A stretch of 64,000 nt of DNA from an uncultured virus (IMG/VR IMGVR_UViG_3300021400_000104) (IMGVR_UViG_3300021400_000104), one strand, 5' to 3'. Counted from the stretch's first letter, positions 39,507 to 50,000 are shown. Program-made: numbers and translations. The notes: a model not told the origin generated them from the sequence alone.

Positions 39507-40166
39507 ATGGACCGTCATTATTATCTCATGATCGACACAGAAACGACTGGCGACCTAGACTCGCCCCTTGTCTATGACCTGGGGATGCAGGTTATTGACA
39601 AGAAGGGCAACGTATACGCAGAGTATAACCTCGTAATTTCTGACGTATTCTATGGTATGCCGGCACTTATGAACACGGCCTATTATGCCGAAAAGTTGCC
39701 GTCTTACTACGAGGAAATCGACCGCAAGGAACGAGTCGTCGTAACATGGGAATATGCACAAAGTTTGGTAAAATTCTTGTGCGACTTCTACAAAATCAAG
39801 GCAATTGTCGCCCATAACGCGCGGTTTGATTATACCGCTTGTAATAATACGACCTCAATAATAAAGGGCTTCAAATCGTACTTTTTTCCCTATGGGATCC
39901 CGATTTGGTGTACTTTGACAATGGCGCGGCAAACTGTAGGACGTCAAAAGACCTATGTCGAATGGTGCAGAAATCGCGGATATATCACCAAAAACGGCGC
40001 GCCGCGCCTTACTGCGGAGGTGCTTTACCGCTATTTATCGCGAAATAATGACTTTATCGAGAAACATACTGCATTAGAAGATGTTAAGATAGAAAAAGAG
40101 ATTTTCGTCTGGATTATGCGGCAACATAAGGCAATGCGCCGAACGTATTACAAAGAGCGGACTTGA
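39507..40166 (+). CDS. DEDDh 3'-5' exonuclease
   Basis: IDTETTG, AHNARFD, HTALED motifs. Confidence 0.85.
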   Translation: MDRHYYLMIDTETTGDLDSPLVYDLGMQVIDKKGNVYAEYNLVISDVFYGMPALMNTAYYAEKLPSYYEEIDRKERVVVTWEYAQSLVKFLCDFYKIKAIVAHNARFDYTACNNTTSIIKGFKSYFFPYGIPIWCTLTMARQTVGRQKTYVEWCRNRGYITKNGAPRLTAEVLYRYLSRNNDFIEKHTALEDVKIEKEIFVWIMRQHKAMRRTYYKERT

Positions 40167-40364
40167 TCCGCTTTTTGTACTATTTGTATACTTCAACGCT
40201 TTAAAGCAGTGAAGGGTAGGGCGGGGCAACGCCTAGTATTCCTATAGGTTTAATAGGTTTAGTGCCGGCAAAATAGACAAATAGAGTTAGAAAAGTTTGT
40301 GCATTTCGACGATTGACAAGTCAAAAGAAAAGTGGTATAATAGTATATGTAAGGAGGGGATAAA

Positions 40365-40697
40365 ATGAAGAAAAAGGTTCTGTATTCAGTAGATGTATAC
40401 ATCGAGGCGGTAAGGATCGCCGAACGACTCGGTCACGACTATATCGGAACGGCGCACTTTGTTTATGCCTTCCTTAAACTGACTGACCAAAAGTCTTTTG
40501 CTAACTTCGCTTATAAGTATCTGACCGAGCAAATCGGCGTATATAAACCGCGCAGACTCCAAGGTTTGTACTATACTGAAATACTTATGGAACACTACGA
40601 AAAGTCAGTTAATCCCGAATATGTAATTATGTCCATATATCGGGATAAAGAGTGTGAAGGCGGAAAAATTCTTGATGCAATAGCGCGGGGCGCGTAA
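40365..40697 (+). CDS. Stand-alone Clp N-terminal domain-like protein
   Basis: AERLGHDYIGTAHFVYAFL resembles the ClpC/ClpB N-repeat (A..LGHxYIGTEHLLLGL). Confidence 0.6.
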   Translation: MKKKVLYSVDVYIEAVRIAERLGHDYIGTAHFVYAFLKLTDQKSFANFAYKYLTEQIGVYKPRRLQGLYYTEILMEHYEKSVNPEYVIMSIYRDKECEGGKILDAIARGA

Positions 40698-40778
40698 GCC
40701 CCCGCTAACCGCCCTACTTTTACCGCTTTAAAGTTCTAAAGTTTAAAGTACTAAAGTATAAGAAGAAAGGCCGAAAAA

Positions 40779-40961
40779 TCAGCCTTTTTTAAGAGGTGGA
40801 AGATTCGTTATTTTTTCATTGACAAAAATTTCCTCCTCAAACGCCATAAATCCCTTCTCCCACCAATAATTGAGCATCTCTTCTACGGCCGCTTTACTCG
40901 TAGTTATATGTAAAGCAACATACCGTCCATTAAATTCTATATAAATTATATATACCTTCAT
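40779..40961 (-). CDS. Small early protein (60 aa)
   Basis: Promoter, RBS, terminator. Confidence 0.6.
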   Translation of the reverse strand: MKVYIIYIEFNGRYVALHITTSKAAVEEMLNYWWEKGFMAFEEEIFVNEKITNLPPLKKG

Positions 40962-41170
40962 ATTTTCCTCCTTATTGGTGTTTCTCTTTATCTTACAATA
41001 TTATTATAACATAAATTTTAAGAAAAGTCAAGGGGTTTTTAGAAAATAAATGTGCCGGCAAAAGGACATTTTTCTCTTGACAAAAATCAAAAAGTATGCT
41101 ATAATATATATGTAAGAAGGACAGAGAACAGAACAAACAAACATCGCTAAAAAGTATTGGAGGTAAGATT

Positions 41171-41377
41171 ATGACAATTAAAGAATTTGTTGAATCTTCT
41201 GACTTTTACACTGATGAACTTTGTTTTGAAATCTACTATTCTGGCAAAACAATTAAATATAATCTTACTAAACAAGAATTATGCCCTTATTATAATGAAA
41301 AAATCAAAGGACTTGACTTTACTACTGCGGGCGATAATTCCGGCGAATCTTATCTTACTATCACATTTTATATTTAA
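41171..41377 (+). CDS. Hypothetical protein (68 aa)
   Basis: Promoter, RBS. Confidence 0.6.
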   Translation: MTIKEFVESSDFYTDELCFEIYYSGKTIKYNLTKQELCPYYNEKIKGLDFTTAGDNSGESYLTITFYI

Positions 41378-41464
41378 GAAATAAAATTCCCCTCATCTTT
41401 GTGCAAAATCACTATTGACAGAAATTAAAAAGTATGCTATAATAATATTGTAAGGAGGCAAGAA

Positions 41465-41686
41465 ATGAAAACAGTAAAAGAAATTCTAATAGAACAGGGC
41501 GCACATTTTGACGAGTTTCCTCGTGGTAATAACTTTGTGTATAAAATAAAGTCTCATTATACAGAATGTTATAATAAAGTTCCTGTTCGTTCCTATTGGC
41601 GATATACTGGGCAAGTAATTATTGCCGATAAATCGGGAAAAATCGTTGGGTTTGAGACTTGCGAAACGACAGAAATTGACGAATAA
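41465..41686 (+). CDS. Hypothetical protein (73 aa)
   Basis: Promoter, RBS. Confidence 0.6.
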   Translation: MKTVKEILIEQGAHFDEFPRGNNFVYKIKSHYTECYNKVPVRSYWRYTGQVIIADKSGKIVGFETCETTEIDE

Positions 41687-41785
41687 AATTCTAAAACTTT
41701 GTGCAAAATGACTATTGACAAAAATCAAAAAGTATGCTATAATAGTATTGTAAGGTAAAGGCAAAGACCTAAAGGAGGTAAAGTT

Positions 41786-42007
41786 ATGAAGGTATGGGTT
41801 GTGACATGGATTGAGGATGTGGGCGAGTTTAGGGTATTCTCCTCTAAAAAGCTGGCATGGAATTATATTTGTGAATACTATAAACGAGTTGCCGAATTTG
41901 GCAATGAAGATTATAATGAATTAAAAAAATCTTATGAGGAAGGAGGCGACTGTTTCTGCAATGAATATATCATAGCAGTTGAAAAAACCGTTGACGAAAA
42001 AAATTAA
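41786..42007 (+). CDS. Small early protein (73 aa), similar to 62672
   Basis: Promoter, RBS; MKVW..FSS..A. Confidence 0.6.
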   Translation: MKVWVVTWIEDVGEFRVFSSKKLAWNYICEYYKRVAEFGNEDYNELKKSYEEGGDCFCNEYIIAVEKTVDEKN

Positions 42008-42098
42008 AAAAATTTTTTCAAAACCCCTTGACAAAATCAAAAAAGTATGCTATAATATATATGTAAGGTAAAGGTAAAGACCTAAAGGAGGCAAATCT

Positions 42099-42467
42099 AT
42101 GATGGATCTTAAGGGCATGAAAAACGATACCGCACGGAAGGTCGCTATCCGCGCACAGCTTAACGAGGTTATTATGGCGGCGCTGATCGCGTGGCGCGGG
42201 GAGGAGAACGTCGTCTACATCCCTTATGCGATCGAGCCGAACGAGGGCAGCAAGATCAACGGCGGGTCGATCGCTGTGTGCGTCGGGACCGTCATCAATA
42301 AGGACGGCTTCGAGGTTGATGCGGTTGCGATCGTCTCCCCTGTTGTCAAGGGATGGAATGACGTTGTTACCAAAAGCGACCGCGTTACTCTTGCGATTAA
42401 CCTTGACGACATCCGCGAGGCAAATAAGGCAGAAATCGCAGCAAGAGGAGGGAAAAAGGGCGAGTAA
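42099..42467 (+). CDS. Hypothetical protein (122 aa), paralog family
   Basis: Promoter, RBS, terminator. Confidence 0.7.
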   Translation: MMDLKGMKNDTARKVAIRAQLNEVIMAALIAWRGEENVVYIPYAIEPNEGSKINGGSIAVCVGTVINKDGFEVDAVAIVSPVVKGWNDVVTKSDRVTLAINLDDIREANKAEIAARGGKKGE

Positions 42468-42619
42468 TCGCCCTTTTTTCTTATTAAGAATATGTTCGCT
42501 TTAGCGCTTTAAAGCGCTAAAGCCCCTACCTTATCCCTGCCCTACCTTCCAGCGCTTTAAAGTGCTAAAGTTTAAAGTGCTAAAGTATAAGGAGAAAGGC
42601 CGATAAATCGGCCTTCCTC

Positions 42620-42796
42620 TTAGTAGAGAAGAGATGTCAACCCCTTATCAATCATTACCATCTCAAAAAATGCCATAAGTCCCTTCGCCTCCCAGCGGTT
42701 TACCGTTCTTCTTGCGAGTTCCTTATCAAGGGTCAGATCTGTTGCAGTCCAATGGTCAAACTGGTTAGACTTTACATAAATCACATATACGGCCAT
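42620..42796 (-). CDS. Small early protein (58 aa), paralog of 40779
   Basis: MAVYVIYV..WEAKGLMAFFE; RBS. Confidence 0.6.
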   Translation of the reverse strand: MAVYVIYVKSNQFDHWTATDLTLDKELARRTVNRWEAKGLMAFFEMVMIDKGLTSLLY

Positions 42797-43261
42797 ATTA
42801 TTACCTCCTTATTGTCTTTGTGTTTCTCTTTATCTTACAATACTATTATAGCACATAATAGCGAAAATGTCAAGCCTATTTTAAAAATAAAATGTCCCTC
42901 TGCCGGCACAATTAAATTTCAAAAAACTATTGACTTTTCCCGTAACTTATGCTATAATTATAAATGTAAGGAGGACAGAGAACGGAACAGACAAACACCG
43001 CATGACGATGGGGAAAAGGTCAAATCCGTGAACACTGTTCACACCTATGGGGCGTCTGTGCAGATAGAATGGAAGTAGGCCGCCGAGGATCCCGGCGCAA
43101 CGCAAGCCCTCTCAAATCTGCACACATCCGCTTCTAAAAATTTGTGCAAAATGACAATTGACAAACTTCAAAAAATGTGGTATAATGTTAATAGAGGGTG
43201 AGGGAAAAGCCCAAAACCCGAAACGCACACCGGACGAACGTCCGGAGAAAAGGAGAACTTT

Positions 43262-43711
43262 ATGACCATCAAGACTTATGTTGACTTCCTGACCGCTGTC
43301 GCTGCTACTGCTACCGACCCCGAGATCAAGGCCTATGCGGAGGCCGCGATCACTAAGCACGATACCTCCGCCGACTCCCGCCGTGTAAAGGCCGCTGACA
43401 AGGCATGGACTGCCGCGGCCGACCTCCTCGGTTCGATCTCTTCGATGGTAGACCATGCCGAGCCGCTGACCTCTGCGACTGCTGCCGCTGCCGTTGGTAT
43501 CTCGACCCAGAAGGCCTCCGCTGTTCTGAAGGCAGGCGTCGCACATGGCGTTCTTGTTGAGGTGGATCCCGTCAAGGGTAAGTCCGGCAAGGTAAAGGCC
43601 TTCCGTTTCGCCACTGACCTCGCAGAGGATCCGACCGAGGACCCGGTAGAGGATCCGACCGAGGACCCGGTAGAGGATCCGACCGAGGATTCCGCTCCCG
43701 CTGAGGATTAA
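43262..43711 (+). CDS. Putative winged-helix DNA-binding protein with acidic DPTE/DPVE repeat tail
   Basis: Paralog of 34975; 12-bp tandem repeats 43625-43690; terminator. Confidence 0.65.
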   Translation: MTIKTYVDFLTAVAATATDPEIKAYAEAAITKHDTSADSRRVKAADKAWTAAADLLGSISSMVDHAEPLTSATAAAAVGISTQKASAVLKAGVAHGVLVEVDPVKGKSGKVKAFRFATDLAEDPTEDPVEDPTEDPVEDPTEDSAPAED

Positions 43712-44553
43712 GAAAAGACCGCCCTTCGGGGCGGTTTTTTTTCGTTCCTAAAAAAGAACATATGTTCCGCTTCAACGCTTTAAAGCGCCAAAGCCCCTAC
43801 CTCTTACCCCTACCTTCCACCGCTTTAAAGCGATAAAGCGAAGTCTCTATCAATTCAATACTTTAAAGTGTGAAACGTCGGGGCACCCAGTATCCCTATA
43901 GGTTTACTAGGTTAGCAGATTGCACAAAAACCGTATATCGCTCTTGAAAAACTTTGTGCAAATTGCCTATTGACAAATTCCAAAAAATATGGTATAATAG
44001 TATTAGAAAGAGACCGGAAGGCAGAGAGTAGAGGGGGAGATCTAACCTATAGTTAGCATAGGCTAACCATTGAGAAATGGCTATTTTGCGTTACCAATTT
44101 TTAGCAATTAATTAAATCTTTTAACTTAAAAATTTTAATACTTTAAAGCGCTAAAACCTAGTATTTCTATAGGTTTAATAGGTTTAATGGGCGAATGTAT
44201 GTTCACCCAGTATTCTTATAGGCTTAGTAGGTGAATGGGCGTCTGCCTCGGCGTGCCCGCCCTACCCTACCGCTGCACCATCCCCAACAAACCGGCCGGT
44301 GAGCTGCATCCGTGAGCTGCGATTCGTCTGTGAGCTGCATCTGTGAGCTGTAATCCAAGCGAGCTGCACCCTCCCATGAGCTGCGCCGGCACTATAGAAA
44401 AATGGGGTATATATAATATATCCGCGAGCTACAACTACCGGCTGTGCAAGACAAGTCCTCCCTACCTTCATCGCTTTAAAGTGCTAAAGTATAAAAATAA
44501 AAGCCAACCGCCTATTCGGCGAATTGGCTTAATCTGTTCTCAAAAGGGCGCCA

Positions 44554-44847
44554 TCAATCTTCATCATCTGAATAAGCGCGCCTAAAGCGCTCAGTCTTGT
44601 CTATCAGGTAATCCGCAAAGTTAAGAATCTGTTCCGCATCATCAACATAGATGCGCCCTGCGAGTATCGAGAACATCAACTTAAAGGCACGGCCTGCAGT
44701 CTTGACCTGCTTTTCATCTGGAGGAAGGGGACGCTTCTCTTCCTCCTCCGCAAAGAGATTGTAAAGGAATCCTGCGGTATCTCGAACCTCATCGGACTCC
44801 GGGTTGTCCAGAATAGCACGGAAAAGTTCAGAATTCAAATCCATCAT
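44554..44847 (-). CDS. Hypothetical protein (97 aa)
   Basis: GAGGAGG RBS. Confidence 0.6.
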   Translation of the reverse strand: MMDLNSELFRAILDNPESDEVRDTAGFLYNLFAEEEEKRPLPPDEKQVKTAGRAFKLMFSILAGRIYVDDAEQILNFADYLIDKTERFRRAYSDDED

Positions 44848-45668
44848 CCTGATCGTCCTCCTCTATTGCAGTAGGCTTTACTTTACTTTTAATCTTAATA
44901 ATTAAGAAAGCATCACATTGGTATTTTCTCCCTTCCTTGTTCTTCCTTTACCTCTTATAGTTTAATTCTTAATAATTACTAAAGTACCACATCGGAATCA
45001 TCCCCTTAACTATTTTATATTCATTATCTCTCATTTACTATATATATTATATCATATTTTTAGAAAAAAGTCAATTAACTGGTTGTAAATAAAATATAAA
45101 TGCTTAGTGACTAGAATATAAGTGCCGCGGCACGCTAATATTTAGCATTGTTATGGGGCGCAATACCTAGTATTTCTATAGGTTTAATAGGTTTTCGCTC
45201 CCAGAACATATCAACTAGTCCTGCCGCAATCTTCCTTTTGTCCAAACGAAGCAAGATTGTAGGGCGTTGTCAATCAATTGACTCGATACGTTTCCTCTTG
45301 AGCTGTGAGCTGCGTTTGATACTTTAGAAAAAAACGCCGAAAAATAAAAGTCAATTGATTGGCTCGGCCGCGTTTTATTATACTGTTACCATATCTCCTG
45401 ATACTTTAGAAAAAAACGGTCTTTTCTTGTTGCCTTGTTTGAACAGGAGCTCCGTATAAATGTGTCAAAATCCCGTACCGAAAAATTTTTCACGGAGGAT
45501 TATTTTAAACCCCAATTTACGATACCATCCTGTAAGCAAATTCAAAGCAAATTCGCCTATGAAAAATTCACCGGCGCTCTATAAAAATTTTTCCAATTCC
45601 ATACCCCTATTTTACCACTCTATAATAAGTAAGGGGGCTATCTTTTTTGATAGCCCCCTATATAATCT

Positions 45669-46583
45669 TTATCGACTTGGAATAATATACTTTGCCCCGT
45701 AAATTCCGATAACCCCTCTATAAATTTTCGAGAGCTATTCAGGCACGTCCCAAATATAAGCTGTGCCACCCGGCCCAAGTATCCAGGCCCGCCCCTCTAA
45801 AGTTGGAGCAATATAAATTCGATACTGTTCTGTATTTGGATTTACAACTGCTTCTCCAATAGTTCTAATATCAGGGTATGGAATAGGAGTACGGCAATCA
45901 TAATCCCTAACTCTTACGTGGGTTACACGCGCCGGCAATTCATCTCTAAGAAACATATGAATTTCAGCAATCGTAAGTATAAACGCATAGAGGAAAACCT
46001 CTCTTGCAGTATCATAATCCACACACCCGCATACACAATCGCTTAAATACTTACAAAGATACTCATATCTCTAATTCCAGCGGCCAAGCCACCAATCCGT
46101 CTTTATTAATTCCTCTACTGTAAAAGCACTTGGCTTAGTTCCGCCACCATCTTCAACGTCTCCGTAATCCCTATCTTTCGCCGGCCTTAACTTTAGATCA
46201 ACTTTCTTCTTAATTCTAATACGGCGTCGCGGCACACCATTATGGATAATACGCTGATTAAACGGCTTATCGGGTCCGCTATGCAGTTGCCGAAAAGCTA
46301 AGAGGAACACATACCCATCTTTTACATATTCTAAGGAGAGTTCAAATTTTTTAGTGAGCGATTGCCATATTTCATACATTGACTTAAAGTCATCAGTTTC
46401 GTAAGAACCGACGTAAGAAATTGACTAAACTTCGTCTCCAAAGTCTATAACATAGGTTTTATTTAAAGAATCGACAACTTTTCCGTCATTATCTTTAATT
46501 TTTTTATCAAAACTCTTCAAAAACACCGTATTTCCGGCGTCTTTCTATATTGTTATACTATAAATATGCTAAATCATTGACAT
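45669..46583 (-). CDS. Hypothetical protein (~304 aa, TAG read-through)
   Basis: Fragments 46071-46379 and 45735-46022 share a frame; RBS GAGGTG. Confidence 0.6.
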
Positions 46584-46802
46584 TTTCACCTCGATTATTT
46601 TATTTTATTTAAAATATTTAATTATTTAAGTCAATTGCTTGACTTGCCACGTGTGATTTGTAATGCTTATGTGTGACTTGTAATGCTTACGGACGATTTC
46701 TGGAACTTATAGACACTTTTTAATATTATTATTATCCCCGGTCAATTCCCATTGATTGGGGATTTTAAAATCGTTACCTTATAGGAAATAGGTTCCCCGC
46801 CA

Positions 46803-47112
46803 TTGTCTTCTTTTACACTTTTCCCCTTTAATTTCCTTTTTCTTCTTTTTCCTGCTCTCTCTTCTCTTCCTTCTTTTTTTCTCTTTCTCTTTTCCTTCTC
46901 TCTTCTCTCTTTTCCTTCTCTCTTCTCTCTCTCTTTCTTTCTCTCTTTCTTTTTCTCTTTCTCTTCTTTTCCTTTATATTATTTTTTCTCTTTCTTTTTT
47001 TCTCTTCTCTTTTCCTTCTTTCTTCCTTTTCTCTTCTCTTTTTCCTCTTCTCTCTCTTATTTATATTTTAAATTATACTTTAAATTATACTTTAAATTAT
47101 ACTTTAAATTAT
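46803..47112. repeat. Polypyrimidine/polypurine low-complexity tract plus (TTTAAATTATAC)x3
   Basis: About 250 bp almost only C/T on plus strand, then a 12-bp tandem repeat. Confidence 0.8.
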
Positions 47113-47246
47113 AATATTAATTACGTTCTCATTTACAATAAATAAGTACCTTCCCTCTTTACTTCCTCCTCAATTTTCAGACTTCTTAAAACCCAATTAA
47201 TCGACTAATAAGAAAAGCGACACAAACTAACTTGTGCCGCCATATC

Positions 47247-47543
47247 TTACTCCCTCTCCAAGACTCCATGATCTTCAAGCACATAGTCCAGAATATCTTC
47301 AGAAGAAACGTTAAACTCGTTTCCGATTACTTCTGCCGCCGCACTTAAAATTTGATAAGATTTGTCAGTAACTCTGTCCATACTGCCAGTTCCACAGAAC
47401 TTTTCCAACTGTCCTAACTTCATTTCAAGACTTACTTCCAAATCAATTAAATCCTAAATCGCTCGCTTAAACTACTCAAACTTAAGATCATAATTTACGC
47501 CATCGTTTACATTATTCTTGAAGTAGATTTTCTAAGCCTTCAT
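47247..47543 (-). CDS. Hypothetical protein (~98 aa, TAG read-through)
   Basis: AAGGAGG RBS; three in-frame TAG. Confidence 0.55.
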
Positions 47544-47636
47544 TTTTATACCTCCTTATAAGAAAGAAAACGTTCCGATTGAGGAAGGTAGAAATCCTAA
47601 GCCAAGAACAATTAAATTACGAAGGAGAGAGGAAAA

Positions 47637-47993
47637 TTAGGAATCAGCCTTCTTCGGGCGCCCCTTGTGACGGGTTGCCGCACCAGCTCTCTCCATCTCA
47701 TAAGCCTTTACTTCGTCCTCAACGATATAAGGCTCAGTGATACGTCCCTTAGTCCCCTCAGAATCATAGAAGGGCTTTGCAGTTACCTTGATTACTGCCG
47801 GCACATCATGCGGGAAGCCATCCTCATCGGTAAAAGTCCCAACAACAAGAGCCATCTCGCCAGCAGCAACCTTACCATAAGTCTCGTACTTCCGCCCCAG
47901 AAGCTCTGCGAAGTCTGCCATCAACTGCTCACGAACAGCAGTCTTTACCTGGGAAATCTTCATGCCAGTGAAATCACGCAGTTCCTTTGCCAT
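47637..47993 (-). CDS. Hypothetical protein (118 aa), paralog family
   Basis: Promoter, leader hairpin, RBS. Confidence 0.7.
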   Translation of the reverse strand: MAKELRDFTGMKISQVKTAVREQLMADFAELLGRKYETYGKVAAGEMALVVGTFTDEDGFPHDVPAVIKVTAKPFYDSEGTKGRITEPYIVEDEVKAYEMERAGAATRHKGRPKKADS

Positions 47994-48184
47994 ATATACT
48001 CTCCATTTCTCCAGACCTTGTCTGGTTCGCAGGACGGAACCTCTTTGGTTTCTGTCCTTTTCTTTATCTTACAATATTATTATACCATATTTTTTGAAAA
48101 AAGTCAAGTATTTTTTATGAATATTCAAAAAACTTTTTGTAAATAAGTTAAATTTATTGACTTATTTATTAATAATTGCTCCTA

Positions 48185-48367
48185 TTAATCCTTCGCCGTA
48201 GACTGGAAATCAGGAGTAAAAACAACTTCCTTCGTATAGGCAGCTTCCTTACAAGCTGAAACCTCTTTACGAATCTGCTCATCCCACTGTTCTACAGACT
48301 TAGTACCGGTAAGAGTAATACCTGCAGCAATCTGACGAGTCTGAACCTTCTGATTCTGCTTTCTCAT
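48185..48367 (-). CDS. Hypothetical protein (60 aa)
   Basis: Leader hairpin and RBS. Confidence 0.55.
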   Translation of the reverse strand: MRKQNQKVQTRQIAAGITLTGTKSVEQWDEQIRKEVSACKEAAYTKEVVFTPDFQSTAKD

Positions 48368-48409
48368 TTCACATTCTCCTTTTCTCCAGCGAATTGCCGG
48401 CGGTCATTA

Positions 48410-49033
48410 TTAAATCACATATTTCCATATGAACCCGTATGCTGTTTTTCGTTTTCCCTAACAAACATGATTTATATGAGAAGCCCCGCCATCTTTACCA
48501 ATAGCTTTTGCCGCCTCTCGTAAAGAGGAATAAGTAGCAAGGTACTCTCCATTTAACGAATACTGATTTACCATTTTTCCCCTTGTTTGTCGGAAATATT
48601 CTTGTGAACTTCTTACTTTTATATCGTTATTTTTTAATAATTCCGATAAATACCCTTCATTACATTCGCAAATTTCTGCAGTCTTCTTAATAGAATTAGT
48701 TCTTTTATAAGTCTCAAATAAAACACTATAATTAAGATATTTTCTTCCGTCTCCACCAATTGTCGCATTATAACCATTTGTAAAAGAATCAAAAAATTCA
48801 ATCCAATATCTTTCTCGCTCTTCGGGATTGTCTGTCTATTCAATTTCTTCTATAAAGAAATTTTCAATTCCATATTTCTACATTGCCAAATAAAGAGGGC
48901 GCTTTTCAAATTTATCATCATATGACTATGCATTCCGGCAATGCTCTTGGAAACGAATTTTTACATTTCTTTCCGTTTTTCCTATGTAAATTTTCCCATT
49001 TATTTTGTTAGTAATTTTATAAATGTATGCCAA
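48410..49033 (-). CDS. GIY-YIG homing endonuclease with NUMOD1-like domain (TAG read-through)
   Basis: YIYKITNKINGKIYIGKT..AM(Q)KYG..C(Q)GKRKTAYGFIWKY. Confidence 0.85.
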
Positions 49034-49109
49034 AACTAATCAACTCCATTTTATAAGTATTTTGTATTCCATAATTCTTACTACATAAAGATATAGCCAT
49101 TTAAGAATA

Positions 49110-49183
49110 TCACGCCAACGGGAGTCGAACCCGTATCTCAAAGATGAAAGCCTTGTATCCTCAACCGATTAGACGATGGCGCG
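49110..49183 (-). tRNA. tRNA-Glu(TTC)
   Basis: Cloverleaf, loop CT-TTC-AT. Confidence 0.85.
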
Positions 49184-49398
49184 ATTTATATACATTTGAT
49201 AAATTAGATAAGCCAATTGGCTTTTAAGAACACTCATCTTTTTAGTTTCTGTCTAAGAGTGGTTAGTTCTGTTCCAGAAGATAAAGTCATTTTAGACCTT
49301 ATCCTAAAAAGTGTCACCAACCGTTCCAATATCTCACCGCGCTCAGGCGTCTATTGATACTGTTTGAGCATTCTTAAAAGCCAATTGGCTTTTAGAGA

Positions 49399-49788
49399 TT
49401 AATCCTGGTCGGCCTTTGCCTTCTCGCGTTCTGCCTCATCACGAGCCTTATTCTTTTCAGATACTGCCTTCCGTGCTGCCTTGTTAGCCGCTGCCCTCTC
49501 ACGATCTGCCTTATACTTCTGCCCCGCGGCCTCACGATCAAAAGCTCTTACGAGGCCACTCTTAGGAGTCTGTCGGTCAAACGCGTCCTTTGCGGTTACG
49601 CCGAACTCAACGCAAACCTCCTTACCGTCCTTCTCACCAAGGGCTACTGCGAAGTCGCCAGAACCGGTCTGAGTTACATTAGCTTCACCGAAACGCTCCT
49701 TAAGCCAAGCCTCAAGCTCAACGATAGAAGCACCGCGTGCGGTATTCTTAACAGACTTATTCTCTACATCAGCAAAATTCATAAACAT
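49399..49788 (-). CDS. Hypothetical protein (129 aa), paralog family
   Basis: Promoter, leader hairpin, RBS. Confidence 0.7.
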   Translation of the reverse strand: MFMNFADVENKSVKNTARGASIVELEAWLKERFGEANVTQTGSGDFAVALGEKDGKEVCVEFGVTAKDAFDRQTPKSGLVRAFDREAAGQKYKADRERAAANKAARKAVSEKNKARDEAEREKAKADQD

Positions 49789-49925
49789 ATATTTTTCTCC
49801 ATTTCTCCCACTCTGTGGGTTGTGCGGGAGTTTTTTTATTTGCTCCCTTTTCTTTATCTTACATATTTATTATAACATTTTTTTTGGAAAAAGTCAAATA
49901 TTTATTTGTTTTCTTTTTCCCGAAC

Positions 49926-50000
49926 TGGCGCCCCGTAGAGGAGTTGAACCTCTATCCCTCGGTTCGTAGCCGAGCGTCCTATCCGTTGAACGAACTGGGC
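49926..50000 (-). tRNA. tRNA-Arg(ACG)
   Basis: Cloverleaf with CCA. Confidence 0.9.

Larger units (their letters stand above)
27027..44492. repeat. Dispersed palindromic repeat family (C)GCCCTAC-N-TTTAGCGCTTTAAAGCGCTAAAGT, about 20 clusters
   Basis: e.g. 28987-29022, 31906-31938, 32468-32499, 33371-33404, 33881-33914, 34585-34617, 36766-36800, 37647-37680, 40710-40742, 42539-42571. Confidence 0.85.

Noticed and set aside
28930..44492. CRISPR array
   Set aside because: Repeats are degenerate and separated by gene-sized, irregular intervals; no cas genes
46803..47114. 103-aa Phe/Ser/Leu-rich membrane protein
   Set aside because: Artefact of the pyrimidine tract; no RBS
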